IMG/VR virus record: IMGVR_UViG_3300046007_014223
Coordinates: 1-64,000 of that record
Reading direction: 5' to 3' (one strand)
Source: a virus
DNA: 64,000 nt
Shown in pieces: positions 16,042-26,285 of this stretch. Position 1 is the stretch's first letter; each line of letters opens with the position of its first letter. Both the position numbers and the translations under genes were made by a program. Below the pieces are notes generated by a model. That model did no database searches. It saw nothing but the letters and a program-made list of their open reading frames with translations, and was not told the origin of the DNA.

Positions 16042-16826
16042 AGATATTTTCTAAACCCCTCTTCTAACCCTATTAATTTTAATCCTAATGACTTGAGCAA
16101 TACTCCGCTACCTGTATAATTAAGATTGCTTTCGCTAGCAATAGTAAAATTTTGTTCTATGTTGTTAACTTCACAAAACAGTTGCAACGCTTCACTAATT
16201 TTAAATTTGTTTTCATATACAGCATTTATATCTTTGATTTGCCAATCGTTTAAGACACAATGCTCAACAACGCTTAAAAGATCTTGAATACTGAAGTAAT
16301 CAAAATATCTATCTCCAGTTATACTTACCTGTTTATCTCTTAAAAATTTGGGGAAAATTCTATTAAAAGGTTCTCCTTTCCCAAAACAGTTAAATATTCT
16401 AATATTGTAAAACCCTTCTGTCTGAGCACACAATCTGGCTTTCATGTTTTGCCCCCACCCATAACTATCTTTGGGAGCACGATGAAAAATTTCTGATTCC
16501 GAAACATTTTTTATATCAGTGTCTCTATCAAATTCTGCACCAGAAGCTGTGTTTATGAACTTCTTAAAAAGGTTGGAATTATTAAAGAAGTTCATAAAAA
16601 TTGTAAAATTATTTCTAGCATCATGCAAAGATTCGTTATGAGTCATCACTGCTGCACAGTTAATAATGATATCAAATTGCCCACCTTCAAGAAACTCCTT
16701 AACTGCTTGATAATTTAACAAATCTATATCATCTCTGGTAACAGGAAAAACATGATGGTCATTTGACAAATGGCTTAATATGTTTCTTCCAATAAACCCT
16801 CGTGAACCTAACACAGCTATCTTCAT
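16038..16826 (-). CDS. NAD-dependent epimerase/reductase (YerF-like position)
   Basis: GSRGFIG, YGWGQN; follows the ThDP enzyme. Confidence 0.8.
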   Translation of the reverse strand: MKIAVLGSRGFIGRNILSHLSNDHHVFPVTRDDIDLLNYQAVKEFLEGGQFDIIINCAAVMTHNESLHDARNNFTIFMNFFNNSNLFKKFINTASGAEFDRDTDIKNVSESEIFHRAPKDSYGWGQNMKARLCAQTEGFYNIRIFNCFGKGEPFNRIFPKFLRDKQVSITGDRYFDYFSIQDLLSVVEHCVLNDWQIKDINAVYENKFKISEALQLFCEVNNIEQNFTIASESNLNYTGSGVLLKSLGLKLIGLEEGFRKYL

Positions 16827-18598
16827 ATCTGTACAAGCATTTCTTGGTTGAGTTCATCGGATGATAAGAAGGGGGCCATATCATGTAACCCGCCTTGGGT
16901 TCCATCAGGCTTGATTGCTTGTGCAGGCAACACATCAAGTATATTTTGGCTAATAAATTCTACAATTACAGGATTGTTCTCTTTCATCAAGCTTTGTATA
17001 CTTGCATCTAACTCTTTGTTGTTATTTATTTTTACATAAGGTATCTCAAACGCGGCTGCTACTTTAGCAATGTCAGCAAAGTAAACACCTGTTGATCCGC
17101 TAACACCCCACCTACGCCCACCAAAGAATTTATCTTGCGTTTGTTTAATACTCATATACCCATCGTTGTTCACAACAAAAATCTTTACAGGAATGTTATG
17201 TTGTCTAATTACAGCTAACTCTTGCATATTAGTATAAAAACTGCCTTCACCTATCACCAAAATAATATTGAGATCAGGATTACTGAAATGAACACCCACT
17301 GATGCAGGAATGGCGTATCCCATATCACCTTGTGCTGCTTGTGCCATATAACGACATCCTTTTTTATATTTTCCGTTACTTGAAAGGATATAACAAGGTT
17401 GTCCTGCATCAACGATAAAGCAATCATTGGGCATCATCGATCTATTAATGCCTTCTACTATTTCATATAAATTAAGACCCCCCTCATCGTATCGATGAAC
17501 ATCAGGTCGATAGATGGGCCACTTATCTTTCCAATATTTGCATTTGGAAATCCACTCGAGAGGTGGGGTTGCTTTAAATGTTTGTGATACATTAAAGAAG
17601 TCTTTGATATCGCAGTTGATAGCCAAATCTATTTTAAAAATATCTTTACCTAGCTCATTAGCATCAATGTCGATCATAATTTTTTTGCTTTTGGGGCTGA
17701 ATGTCTTTGAATCATAACCTATATGTGTAACATTCATAGAACATCCCAAGATTATCAAACAGTCTGCGTTCTGCATAGCGAAGTTTGCTGCACGAGCACC
17801 CTTGATGCCAATCATTCCTAAATTCTGACCATGGTCATATTCAATTAAGTCTCGCGATAAGAAAGTGGTAACGAATGGGATATTGAACCTATCGATAAAG
17901 TCTCTAAATTGACTTCTAGCATTTCCCAAGTTGATTCCGTTGCCTGCAACAATTATCGGGCGATTTGAGTTACTTATAATTTTTAACGCAGATAACAAAT
18001 CTTGTCTACATTCTATTGACAATTCTTTTAATTCAGGATGAAATGTTTTGAATGTTTCGGGTATTTGTGCGGTTTGTAAGTTGCCCGGTATATCGATCCA
18101 CACAGGTCCAGGTCTTCCTTCTAAGGCAATATAAATTGCCTTTTCTAATTCGTAAGGAACATCTTCTGCGCGTTCAATGGCGACTGAGTATTTTGATATA
18201 TGTTCTACTGTTCTATGTGCATCCAAGTCTTGAATGCCATATTTGCGTATATGTATGCCCTTAGCGCGGTTGATATATTTGGCTTGATTGGACATAGCAG
18301 TATTGCCGCTAAGGAATAGCACCGGTGCACTTTCTTCGTAGGCATTTAATAAACTGGTCATGACATTAGTAACACCGCAACCTGCGGTAACATTGCATAC
18401 ACTTAGCTTATTATTAGTTCGCGCAGAGCCCACTGCCGCGTGACCTGCACCCTGCTCATGATGAAAGGAAATGAAGTCGATATTAGGATGACTAATAAAT
18501 CCATCATTAATACCCGCTGTGCTCCCACCAACTAACCCATATACTTTGGTAATGCCAAGCGTGCTCAAACGATTTGCAATGTAATCACATACTCTCAC
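16823..18598 (-). CDS. ThDP-dependent acetolactate-synthase-like enzyme (YerE-like)
   Basis: HHEQGAGHAA, GRPGPVWIDIP, GEGSF...NND ThDP motif. Confidence 0.9.
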   Translation of the reverse strand: MRVCDYIANRLSTLGITKVYGLVGGSTAGINDGFISHPNIDFISFHHEQGAGHAAVGSARTNNKLSVCNVTAGCGVTNVMTSLLNAYEESAPVLFLSGNTAMSNQAKYINRAKGIHIRKYGIQDLDAHRTVEHISKYSVAIERAEDVPYELEKAIYIALEGRPGPVWIDIPGNLQTAQIPETFKTFHPELKELSIECRQDLLSALKIISNSNRPIIVAGNGINLGNARSQFRDFIDRFNIPFVTTFLSRDLIEYDHGQNLGMIGIKGARAANFAMQNADCLIILGCSMNVTHIGYDSKTFSPKSKKIMIDIDANELGKDIFKIDLAINCDIKDFFNVSQTFKATPPLEWISKCKYWKDKWPIYRPDVHRYDEGGLNLYEIVEGINRSMMPNDCFIVDAGQPCYILSSNGKYKKGCRYMAQAAQGDMGYAIPASVGVHFSNPDLNIILVIGEGSFYTNMQELAVIRQHNIPVKIFVVNNDGYMSIKQTQDKFFGGRRWGVSGSTGVYFADIAKVAAAFEIPYVKINNNKELDASIQSLMKENNPVIVEFISQNILDVLPAQAIKPDGTQGGLHDMAPFLSSDELNQEMLVQI

Positions 18599-18642
18599 GG
18601 GATGACCCCCTTATATAATTATAAGTTTACTTGCGTTTTATA

Positions 18643-18650
18643 TATTTATA
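18643..18650 (-). promoter_or_regulatory. T4-type late promoter
   Basis: TATAAATA upstream of the ThDP enzyme gene. Confidence 0.55.
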
Positions 18651-18688
18651 TGATAACATGATCCTTTATAAATTTCAAGGAAATTTTT

Positions 18689-19393
18689 ATGATTAAGAAA
18701 GTTTTAATTACAGGTGCAACTAGAGGTATAGGAGAAGCTGTAGCGCGTAAATTTAAAAAAGAGGGCTATTATGTAATAGGTACGGGCACACAAAATAAAT
18801 CAAACATAGATTACATTGATGAATATATTGTTTCGAACTTCAATAAGTTAGAAGATATAGAGAAGATATGTGATTACACTTTTTCATCTAAAATCGATGT
18901 ATTAGTAAATAACGCAGGCATTAACATCATAAACGATTTTGTAGATATACCTCCATCGGAGTTTATTCAAATACAGCAAGTTAACGTCTACGCCCCTTTT
19001 CGCATTAGTCAACAAGCCATTAAAAACATGATTGAAAATAATTGGGGACGCATTGTCAATGTGAGTTCAGTATGGGGGATCATTAGTAAGAGCGGTCGTG
19101 CAAGTTATAGCACAAGCAAGTTTGGAATAGATGGGCTTACATTAGCAATTGCTAATGAGCATGCACATAATGGAATTTTATGTAATAGCGTCGCCCCTGG
19201 GTTTATTGATACTGACATGACTTGGAAGAATCTTGGTAATGAGGGGGTCTTAAAAATTTTAGAAGGTGTTCCAATCAAAAGATTGGCTAAAGTTAACGAG
19301 GTGGCTAATTTAATTTATATGTTGGGTAGTGAGCAAAATACATATATCTCAGGGCAAAATATAGCGATTGATGGAGGGTTTACACGTGCTTAA
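18689..19393 (+). CDS. short-chain dehydrogenase/reductase (FabG-like)
   Basis: TGATRGIG, NNAG, YSTSK, PGFIDT. Confidence 0.92.
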   Translation: MIKKVLITGATRGIGEAVARKFKKEGYYVIGTGTQNKSNIDYIDEYIVSNFNKLEDIEKICDYTFSSKIDVLVNNAGINIINDFVDIPPSEFIQIQQVNVYAPFRISQQAIKNMIENNWGRIVNVSSVWGIISKSGRASYSTSKFGIDGLTLAIANEHAHNGILCNSVAPGFIDTDMTWKNLGNEGVLKILEGVPIKRLAKVNEVANLIYMLGSEQNTYISGQNIAIDGGFTRA

Positions 19394-20420
19394 TATTAAA
19401 AGTCATTCTTGTGATTATTGTGTTGAAATAGACAACCAAATAAAAACTAATGGGAAAATTCCCTCATTGGGCACACACTTTGTCATAGACAAAAAGGTAT
19501 ATGAAACCTTACCTGATGAGTTAAAACTTTCGTTGTTTAATGTTGTTCTTATAGAGGCGAATGAACAAACTAAAAGTTACCAAGGAATCGAACCTATTAT
19601 AGTAGAGCTTTTACAACAAAATTTGAGGCGTGATAGCACATTAGTAGCAATCGGGGGAGGGATAACACAAGATATCACATGCTTTATTGCTACAACATTC
19701 ATGCGCGGAATAAAATGGGCTTTCGTTCCCACTACTCTATTAGCTCAGGCTGATAGTTGTATAGGTAGTAAAAGTAGTATAAATTTTAACAGTTACAAGA
19801 ATCTTCTTGGTAGTTTCACCCCCCCAAATAGAATCATCATATCTCAACAATTTTTAGAAACATTGCCTGATAATGACTTTACTAGCGGAGTGGGTGAAAT
19901 AGCTAAACTTCTTATCATAGCAGGGAAGAATTTTGAATTTGGTCGTGTGAATCACACTACCATTTTTAATTTCACACTCGAAGCGTTGATGATAAAACGT
20001 GAATTTATTGAAAAGGATGAATTCGATAAAGGCATTCGACAAATTTTAAATTATGGACATTGTATTGGTCATGGAATCGAAAGCGCCACTAACTTTGTTA
20101 TACCTCATGGTATAGCTATCTCTATGGGTATGGATGTAGTAAATCGTTTCGCACTAAACAAAAACCTGATTACGCAAGAACGATTTCAACATTTACATAA
20201 CTCTATCGCACCACTATACCAAAATTTTAATAAGATTGCAATACAAGTAGAAAAAGTATTCTATTCACAAACCAAAGACAAAAAAAATACAGGCAATAAA
20301 ATAAATCTTGTGCTCCCAGTGGGGAATAAAATTGAAAAACATGGGTTTGAAAACGAAAAAGCTCTATGGGATGAATTGCATAGAGCTTTTTCGCAAACAC
20401 CTATTGCTATTCAATCATAG
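19386..20420 (+). CDS. 3-dehydroquinate-synthase-family sugar-phosphate cyclase
   Basis: AIGGG, PTTLLAQADS, KNLLG, LNYGHCIGH, PHG; GTG start after GGAGG. Confidence 0.88.
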   Translation: MLNIKSHSCDYCVEIDNQIKTNGKIPSLGTHFVIDKKVYETLPDELKLSLFNVVLIEANEQTKSYQGIEPIIVELLQQNLRRDSTLVAIGGGITQDITCFIATTFMRGIKWAFVPTTLLAQADSCIGSKSSINFNSYKNLLGSFTPPNRIIISQQFLETLPDNDFTSGVGEIAKLLIIAGKNFEFGRVNHTTIFNFTLEALMIKREFIEKDEFDKGIRQILNYGHCIGHGIESATNFVIPHGIAISMGMDVVNRFALNKNLITQERFQHLHNSIAPLYQNFNKIAIQVEKVFYSQTKDKKNTGNKINLVLPVGNKIEKHGFENEKALWDELHRAFSQTPIAIQS

Positions 20421-21207
20421 CTTTCCATCTCGACTCAAGCATTTCAATGCGTGTATCATCTTCTCTAAAGATGCTACCATAATAGTCACGCTTGTTTTTC
20501 AACCATAGCAATTCAAACTTAACCGCTGCAATTAGAGCTTTATCGGCGGCAGGCAATTGAATTGCTTCACCCTTAAAAATAATCTTACGTGTCTCATAAC
20601 GATCTAAATGCACACTTTGAACTTCTCGTATTGATGGAATAGCGTCACGACTGATGCCCCCACCCATAACAAGTTCAATACCTGCCTTTTTACATGAGTG
20701 CGCTGTTGCAACAACTTTCTCAGTTACAAAATCTTTGTTGACATCTTCGCGACCGTTGGCTCCCATACTCATAACAAAATCGACTCGACCAAATACCAGG
20801 CCATCTAATCCATCTTGAACTTTTGCTGCTTCAATCATTCCATCAAGATTTTCGAAACCTGTGATTGTTTCAAGATTTGTTAAAAACTTGACTTCCTTGC
20901 GGTCATCAGAATCAAAAATTTTATTTTTTGAACTGATAAACTTCGATAAAGCATATGGAGTTTCAACCATTGGGGCAATGATATAATCTACTCCAAACTG
21001 CTTAACTTCCATCAAGTCACGCATCGCTTCACATCCGCCAATTTTAAGGCCGATGCCCAAATCTGCCTTTCGGGCGATTTCAATCAATCGTAGCAATTCA
21101 TCTGTTCGAGTTCCCTCTGCTTCAAATTCTGCCTTGACTGCTGTATATCCAAATTCTTGTTTACCCTGTTTAAGAATATCAAGCATTTGCCGTTCTTTTA
21201 AGTTCAT
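20407..21207 (-). CDS. HpcH/HpaI aldolase-citrate lyase family protein
   Basis: KAEFEAEG, KIGGCEA, APMVET, NLET, GRVD. Confidence 0.8.
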   Translation of the reverse strand: MNLKERQMLDILKQGKQEFGYTAVKAEFEAEGTRTDELLRLIEIARKADLGIGLKIGGCEAMRDLMEVKQFGVDYIIAPMVETPYALSKFISSKNKIFDSDDRKEVKFLTNLETITGFENLDGMIEAAKVQDGLDGLVFGRVDFVMSMGANGREDVNKDFVTEKVVATAHSCKKAGIELVMGGGISRDAIPSIREVQSVHLDRYETRKIIFKGEAIQLPAADKALIAAVKFELLWLKNKRDYYGSIFREDDTRIEMLESRWKAMIE

Positions 21208-21221
21208 TTTTTATCTCCTAT

Positions 21222-22541
21222 TTACTCAATTAGACTCATAAAGCTATCAACCTGTTCACCAATATAAGCAATTTGCTCTGGTGTAATCACAGGGCTAGTC
21301 CCGTGAAAATATGTATCTCCCATGACCTTGGTTGCATTAGGATAGTTTACTTTTGCATCGTCCGCCCTCATAATGCTCGAATAAGCGGGTTGTAGCATCA
21401 GATTTCCTGCAAAGTAGGGTCGTGTTTGAATTAACCTGTCTTCAAGATGATTTACAATATCGATACGTTTAAATGGCGCACCATCTTTAATAGTAAGAGG
21501 GAATGCAAACCATGAAGGATCAGCACCTTTTTGTGGGCGAGGGAGGTGGAAAAATTCTTCATATTTTTCGTAAATTTTAAAAAGCAAGTTATAATTTCGC
21601 TTTCTTAGGGCATGTATTTCTTCTAGTTTGGTTAGTTGTACAAGCCCCATTGCGCCTTGTATTTCAATAGGTTTAAGATTGTAACCTATTTCATCGTAAA
21701 CGTATTTGTGATCAAAAATCTCACCACACATGTTAGGAATCCATTCAGAAAATCTTTTACCACATGTACCACATTGCAACTTATTCGCCTCAGGTCCCAC
21801 GCAATAGCACCCACGACCCCATTCACGAAAGCTGCGCAAAATTACTTCTTGCTCGTATGTATTACATGCGACGAACCCACCTTCACCCATTGTCATATGA
21901 TGTGCAGGATAAAAGGAACAAGAAGCCATATCACCAAATGACCCCAAAGGTTTCCCATCATGTGTGCTTCCCAAGGCATCACAGCAATCTTCTAAAAATA
22001 TCAAATTATATTTTTTAACCAAATCCATAATTGCAGGCATATCCGGACAATTACCTAAAACATGTGCAAATGTAATTACCTTAACATTGTTTTTTCTGAT
22101 AATATCTTCTAGACCTTCAAGATTTATGTTCAAAGTATCGAGTTCGATGTCTGCGAACACAGGAACAAACCCGTTCTGAACTATGGGATTAAAGGTGGTT
22201 GGGAATCCTGCGATTGGAACTAGAACCTTAGTACCTTCAGGGAGATTGTACCCCCTCTTTGACTTTAAAGAAGTCATCATTAGCAAGTTTGCACTTGAGC
22301 CTGAGTTAGTTAGAATGCCATGATTCTTCCCAAATTGTGGAGGAAATTTTTTTTCGAAATCAAGACACTTATTACCCATAACAAGCCATCCATCAAGAAG
22401 GGTGTCCATTACTGAAGCGTACTCTCTTTCATCAAAGTAAGGCCCAGCGTAATTAACGAAGTCTTTACCTGCAACCCATTTCTTATTTTTTCCTTTATCT
22501 TTAAAGTATTCAGAAACTTTAGAAATAATTTCTTGCTTCAT
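21222..22541 (-). CDS. rfbH: NDP-4-keto-6-deoxyglucose 3-dehydratase (RfbH/DdhC)
   Basis: NSGSSANL, EDCCDALG, SFYPAHHMTMGEGG (His in place of Lys), Cys cluster, FDHKYVY. Confidence 0.92.
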   Translation of the reverse strand: MKQEIISKVSEYFKDKGKNKKWVAGKDFVNYAGPYFDEREYASVMDTLLDGWLVMGNKCLDFEKKFPPQFGKNHGILTNSGSSANLLMMTSLKSKRGYNLPEGTKVLVPIAGFPTTFNPIVQNGFVPVFADIELDTLNINLEGLEDIIRKNNVKVITFAHVLGNCPDMPAIMDLVKKYNLIFLEDCCDALGSTHDGKPLGSFGDMASCSFYPAHHMTMGEGGFVACNTYEQEVILRSFREWGRGCYCVGPEANKLQCGTCGKRFSEWIPNMCGEIFDHKYVYDEIGYNLKPIEIQGAMGLVQLTKLEEIHALRKRNYNLLFKIYEKYEEFFHLPRPQKGADPSWFAFPLTIKDGAPFKRIDIVNHLEDRLIQTRPYFAGNLMLQPAYSSIMRADDAKVNYPNATKVMGDTYFHGTSPVITPEQIAYIGEQVDSFMSLIE

Positions 22542-22542
22542 A

Positions 22543-23475
22543 TTATCCCCAATATGCAAATGTGCTTTCTAATCCAGGAACCCTGTCGCGATTTTGTGGT
22601 TGATCTATTTGTAATGGATAAATCCAATGATCATTGAACATTTGATTCCATTCATTATAACCTGAGACCTTTGCCCACCGACCACCCTTAACACCGAAGT
22701 ATAATTGTATCACACCTCCAGTTTGTATGCCAATTTTACCTAAACTTTTTGCATGATCAACGAATATTGGAGACGAGGTGCTTGCACCAGATAATAACAC
22801 ATCAAAGTCATATGACTCAATCAAAGTTTTAATATGATTAACCATATCCCCCCACGTATTGCAATTAGGATATTGTCTGTCATCGATTGCGGGATGATAG
22901 GGAGCACGAATAACATCAACCAAATCAAAAGGAACAATTTTTTGCAAATTTTCTCCCCAAATTAGTTTACGCTTGTTCCATTGACTTTTAATACTATTTG
23001 CATGAGTAGAAATTACTAAAACTTTTTTTCCCTTTAAATACTGTGTCCATGGATCAAAGGAGATTGGATGTTGAAGGTTTTCAATATAAAGTTTTGAGTA
23101 ACCCAAAAGCGATCCGGGATCAAATACCATATACCCTTCACTAAAAAAAAGAACTTTATCTTTTAGAGGTTCTGTTAAAGGCGACCCATTTCGTATGACA
23201 TTTGAAATATCAACAAATCCTATTGCATTCGCTCTAAACATACATTCATAGGTTTTCTCATATGCAACTGATATTGCATACTCAGGGGTGTTGGGATATA
23301 CACCACCTTCAAGAATAGTTAAGGGATTAAAAAATTGTTGTGAGATGGGTGTATTTTTTGCTACACAATCCATCACATATCCTGCAGTGTTGTCAAGGCG
23401 AATAACTGAAGCAGGCTCTCCTCTTATTAGAAGATCGCTTAAGTATTCATTCATTTCATAAAAATTTTTATTCAT
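22543..23475 (-). CDS. hypothetical glycan-related protein
   Basis: GKKVLVIS, GIQTGGVIQLYFGVKGGRW; cluster context. Confidence 0.55.
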   Translation of the reverse strand: MNKNFYEMNEYLSDLLIRGEPASVIRLDNTAGYVMDCVAKNTPISQQFFNPLTILEGGVYPNTPEYAISVAYEKTYECMFRANAIGFVDISNVIRNGSPLTEPLKDKVLFFSEGYMVFDPGSLLGYSKLYIENLQHPISFDPWTQYLKGKKVLVISTHANSIKSQWNKRKLIWGENLQKIVPFDLVDVIRAPYHPAIDDRQYPNCNTWGDMVNHIKTLIESYDFDVLLSGASTSSPIFVDHAKSLGKIGIQTGGVIQLYFGVKGGRWAKVSGYNEWNQMFNDHWIYPLQIDQPQNRDRVPGLESTFAYWG

Positions 23476-24178
23476 GCTTTAGTAGTTGTACAATTTGTTG
23501 TCGGTCATTTTTAATCCAATGAAATAAAACTTTTAGATTATGAGGTAGAACATTAAATAGTTGTGCCATTTCTGTTTCAGCTTGTACCTTATTATAGTTT
23601 GTTCCTGGTGGATGATCAATGGTGTGAAAGTAATCCCGAATCACAAGTCGACCCATGAGATAACTTATCGCAGGGAAAATAATATCCCACCCCCATCCCA
23701 TTTTGTAGGGGGACATATCTATTTTTTCTTGTTTGAAAACATCAATAACATCTTTATGAATAAACCAACATGTACAATCAGGACAGGCAACAAGTTTCAT
23801 TGTTTTATCTCTCAGTTCAACACCTGCAATATCTGTTCGGGTAGAATCGTACCATGTATAATCAACGTTGGGTGCATAGATTCCCCAGTTATAGGTTTCA
23901 TATGAATCATTTGCGTCCTGTAAAAGATTTTGCCAATCCCTATAAGAAGCATCACCTTGAATATGAAAAAGAACATCACCATCAAAAAGTTCTAATGCTT
24001 TCAGGAATTGATCTGTAAAGTATGCACTTTCACCAACGTTTACCCACCCCTCATCGTTGTGTGTTTCATCTGAATTTATGATGAGAGGTGTGTGTCCAAT
24101 AGAATTTAGTTGTTCTATTTTTTCTTTGGTCTTATCATACTGCCCACGCCAATTAAAAATAAATGACTGTATCTTCAC
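23468..24178 (-). CDS. putative GT-A glycosyltransferase
   Basis: FIFNW, IQGDA, GWGWD; context. Confidence 0.55.
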   Translation of the reverse strand: MKIQSFIFNWRGQYDKTKEKIEQLNSIGHTPLIINSDETHNDEGWVNVGESAYFTDQFLKALELFDGDVLFHIQGDASYRDWQNLLQDANDSYETYNWGIYAPNVDYTWYDSTRTDIAGVELRDKTMKLVACPDCTCWFIHKDVIDVFKQEKIDMSPYKMGWGWDIIFPAISYLMGRLVIRDYFHTIDHPPGTNYNKVQAETEMAQLFNVLPHNLKVLFHWIKNDRQQIVQLLKHE

Positions 24179-25049
24179 GTTTTTTTATTCTCCGATAAAC
24201 AATAGCATCAAACCAATTTAAAAAGTTATCAAGGTTAACATAATAAGGGGGAATGTTATGTACGAATTTTGGTTGTGATATGTGGCTTTTATATAAGTCC
24301 TCATTTTCATCTAACCTTTGAATGTGCTCAATAGCTTTATTAAAGTTTGCGAACCTGTGCATATTAACAAATGCATGACCATTAAAGTCTGCTGCAATTG
24401 TAGGGCTTCCCCAATAGATCGGAACCGTTTGTGCATAAAAAGCGTGTAAAATCTTTTCTGTTACATATCCCGGATGTGAATAGCTTTCAAAACAAATATT
24501 GAATTTTCTTGTTGACAGAAAATCGATTTTAGCTTTCTCTCCTTCAAGATTTGCCTCAATATTGTTGAAGTGTTTACCCCCACTATCAATCTTTTTATAT
24601 TCAGATAAAGCATTATAGAAGTCATTACGTGTTTTGCAATTGGGGTTGCTTACAACAAAACTTGCAAATCCTGTCTTTTCTTTAACATCAGTAGGATTAA
24701 AAATATACTCATACTTGTAGTTTGTCTTATGAATATGTTCAAGCGCCCACATATAGATTACGAAAAGAGGCAAACGATAATGCCAAGCATGTAAATTGTG
24801 GTCAAATGAAATTGCATAATCGCAATCATATTTTTCGGGTCTTTTATTCTCACCTGTGTAGAAAATTTTAACTACATCTTTTCGCGAAAATTTTTTATTT
24901 GATTGACCAAAATTGTCATCACCGAAAATCAAAAAATCGGGATTGTCGTGATCTAGTTCTATGTCAAATCTTCTCGCTAGAATATTGTAAAAGAAAGTAG
25001 CTATATGTTCATGCGTATCTGTAAAGCCTAATTTAATTTTTGGTTTCAT
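24153..25049 (-). CDS. GT10 alpha-1,3-fucosyltransferase-like
   Basis: FYTGEN, FVVSN, KFNICFES, GYVTEKI, PIYWG. Confidence 0.9.
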   Translation of the reverse strand: MKPKIKLGFTDTHEHIATFFYNILARRFDIELDHDNPDFLIFGDDNFGQSNKKFSRKDVVKIFYTGENKRPEKYDCDYAISFDHNLHAWHYRLPLFVIYMWALEHIHKTNYKYEYIFNPTDVKEKTGFASFVVSNPNCKTRNDFYNALSEYKKIDSGGKHFNNIEANLEGEKAKIDFLSTRKFNICFESYSHPGYVTEKILHAFYAQTVPIYWGSPTIAADFNGHAFVNMHRFANFNKAIEHIQRLDENEDLYKSHISQPKFVHNIPPYYVNLDNFLNWFDAIVYRRIKKREDTVIYF

Positions 25050-25941
25050 TAATCACCCATTCGAATGTTTTAAAAATTGAGTCATCTGAATGATCAGTCA
25101 CATGCTTATAATTACATTTGACCTTCACTTTGTTTGACATTGATTCATTGGGACCCTTACAAAAAGAAACAATCGTTTTACTTTCATCTTTTAAATTTTT
25201 CCCCGTCTCACAAAAAACAAAAGGTCCTGAATTTTTTCCTATAATTGCGTTACACTTTGTACTCAAATACGAGATTTCATTTAAGTCACATGTATTATGT
25301 GGACGATCAAACCAGTAAGGGTTGACACCAGTAAAGAATTGTTCAGTGTCTTGAATTATATCATCAGTGCATAAAATGTTAAATACATTTGCTTTTATTT
25401 TTTTAGTGCAAATAAAGTCAATGTCTTCGTTTTGTTTTGCAAACAGTTCAATCACTTCATTCATATCAGATTCAAATGATTGATTTGACATAGGTTTACC
25501 ATTGCAGATAAGAATTTTCTTTCTATCATTATTCGCAACAAATTTATCAACATTTGTTACATTAAAATAAGAGTAATCGACTTCAGGTAAATATCTTTCC
25601 GGATCATCATATAACTTAGCCCCCAATTTATCAAAAATTTGTTCCCAGCTTTCATATAATGATTGTAGATTTACACCCCCATGCCTTGTAAAAATATCAT
25701 TCCACACACCAATCCATGTATTGATTGCAATCACTTCCCCTTGGTCATAAAATTTGATATTGTTATCTATTGTATTAGGCAAATTAGTAAGAGGTATATT
25801 TAAATCAAGATTTACCTTTGGGTGATTGTAATGCCAATACTCAAAGTTATACGAAGGAAAAATACTTTTCAAATGCCGGGCGAATTCCTTGTGAGTGAAT
25901 AAATCACCCCGATGGAAATGATTGAAAAGGATGATTCTCAT
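25033..25941 (-). CDS. putative GT-B glycosyltransferase-like protein
   Basis: HFHRGD, IGKNSGP; context. Confidence 0.55.
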   Translation of the reverse strand: MRIILFNHFHRGDLFTHKEFARHLKSIFPSYNFEYWHYNHPKVNLDLNIPLTNLPNTIDNNIKFYDQGEVIAINTWIGVWNDIFTRHGGVNLQSLYESWEQIFDKLGAKLYDDPERYLPEVDYSYFNVTNVDKFVANNDRKKILICNGKPMSNQSFESDMNEVIELFAKQNEDIDFICTKKIKANVFNILCTDDIIQDTEQFFTGVNPYWFDRPHNTCDLNEISYLSTKCNAIIGKNSGPFVFCETGKNLKDESKTIVSFCKGPNESMSNKVKVKCNYKHVTDHSDDSIFKTFEWVINETKN

Positions 25942-26285
25942 TCGACTCCCTTGTACAATTTTACTGAATCTTCTGCCAAAGATTTCCCGCGAATGATAGC
26001 ATCATCAACCATACGATTAATAGCTTGCACAAATTTAGGACGCTTTTGTTTAAAGCAAATATCAACCTTACGCTTAATATCAGCTAGTTCCTCATCTGAT
26101 TTGGCAGCTTGTGCTGCATCCTCAAGCATCCATGTGCGAATATGAAGGATGACTAGCTTTTCAATAACTTCACCCAAGTTATCTGTTGGGATGTATTCTT
26201 CAATGTCAGGCATTTGTCTTTTCGTTAATACATCTTCAACGGTTCGAATAATAATACCTTCTAGTTCTTCAGCAAATATCGTCAT
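25938..26285 (-). CDS. small helical protein (DUF4254-like)
   Basis: LGEVIEKLVILHIRTWMLED. Confidence 0.55.
   Translation of the reverse strand: MTIFAEELEGIIIRTVEDVLTKRQMPDIEEYIPTDNLGEVIEKLVILHIRTWMLEDAAQAAKSDEELADIKRKVDICFKQKRPKFVQAINRMVDDAIIRGKSLAEDSVKLYKGVE

Noticed and set aside
16823-20420. Amino-acid biosynthesis genes ilvB and aroB
   Set aside because: No other ilv or aro genes; embedded in a nucleotide-sugar cluster.
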